This document shows, piece by piece, positions 7,701 through 7,711 of a stretch of 7,711 bases of DNA (the stretch's first letter is position 1; every line of letters begins with the position of its first letter). The stretch is from NCBI GenBank assembly GCA_030141605.1, contig JAQGDQ010002224.1:1-7711 (forward strand), in the 5' to 3' direction. The notes below the pieces were generated by a model, which had not been told where the DNA came from, ran no database searches, and saw only the letters and a program-made list of their open reading frames with translations. The position numbers were made by a program, and so were the translations under genes. Source of the DNA: Tubiluchus corallicola. Its lineage: Eukaryota > Animalia > Priapulida.

Positions 7701-7711
7701 TTGTGGTAATC
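7701..7711 (-). CDS. Possible 3' end of the upstream ALDH exon, truncated by the window edge
   Basis: Minus strand G ATT ACC ACA A|GTATGC. Splicing to AT GGT gives I-T-T-N-G-D-V-F-T-Y, in register and phase with the conserved (T)IPIDGxFFTY. Only 11 nt are visible. Confidence 0.35.

Overview
This is eukaryotic (animal-like, AT-rich) genomic DNA, not prokaryotic. The minus strand carries three internal exons of an aldehyde dehydrogenase of the ALDH1/2 family: 4237-4298, 832-960 and 338-451, all with GT-AG boundaries. Their 62/129/114-nt sizes match ALDH1A-type genes. The 3' end of the preceding exon may sit at the window edge (7701-7711). The introns are filled with repeats: a compound microsatellite (8-322), 23 indel-free copies of a 93-bp satellite (1147-3285), a ~164-bp tandem amplification of a Tigger/pogo-like MITE end (3419-4115), an intact 333-bp TcMar-like MITE (5235-5567), a heat-shock-element-rich solo-LTR-like segment (5582-5872), a tRNA-derived element (5995-6074), hAT-like fragments, and a perfect 32-bp minisatellite (7370-7699). 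None of the supplied ORFs appears to be a real gene. I cannot demonstrate a new biological system from sequence alone. The best lead is the 93-bp array, whose unit carries a perfect splice donor on one strand and AATAAA plus a U1-5'-end-like 9-mer on the other.
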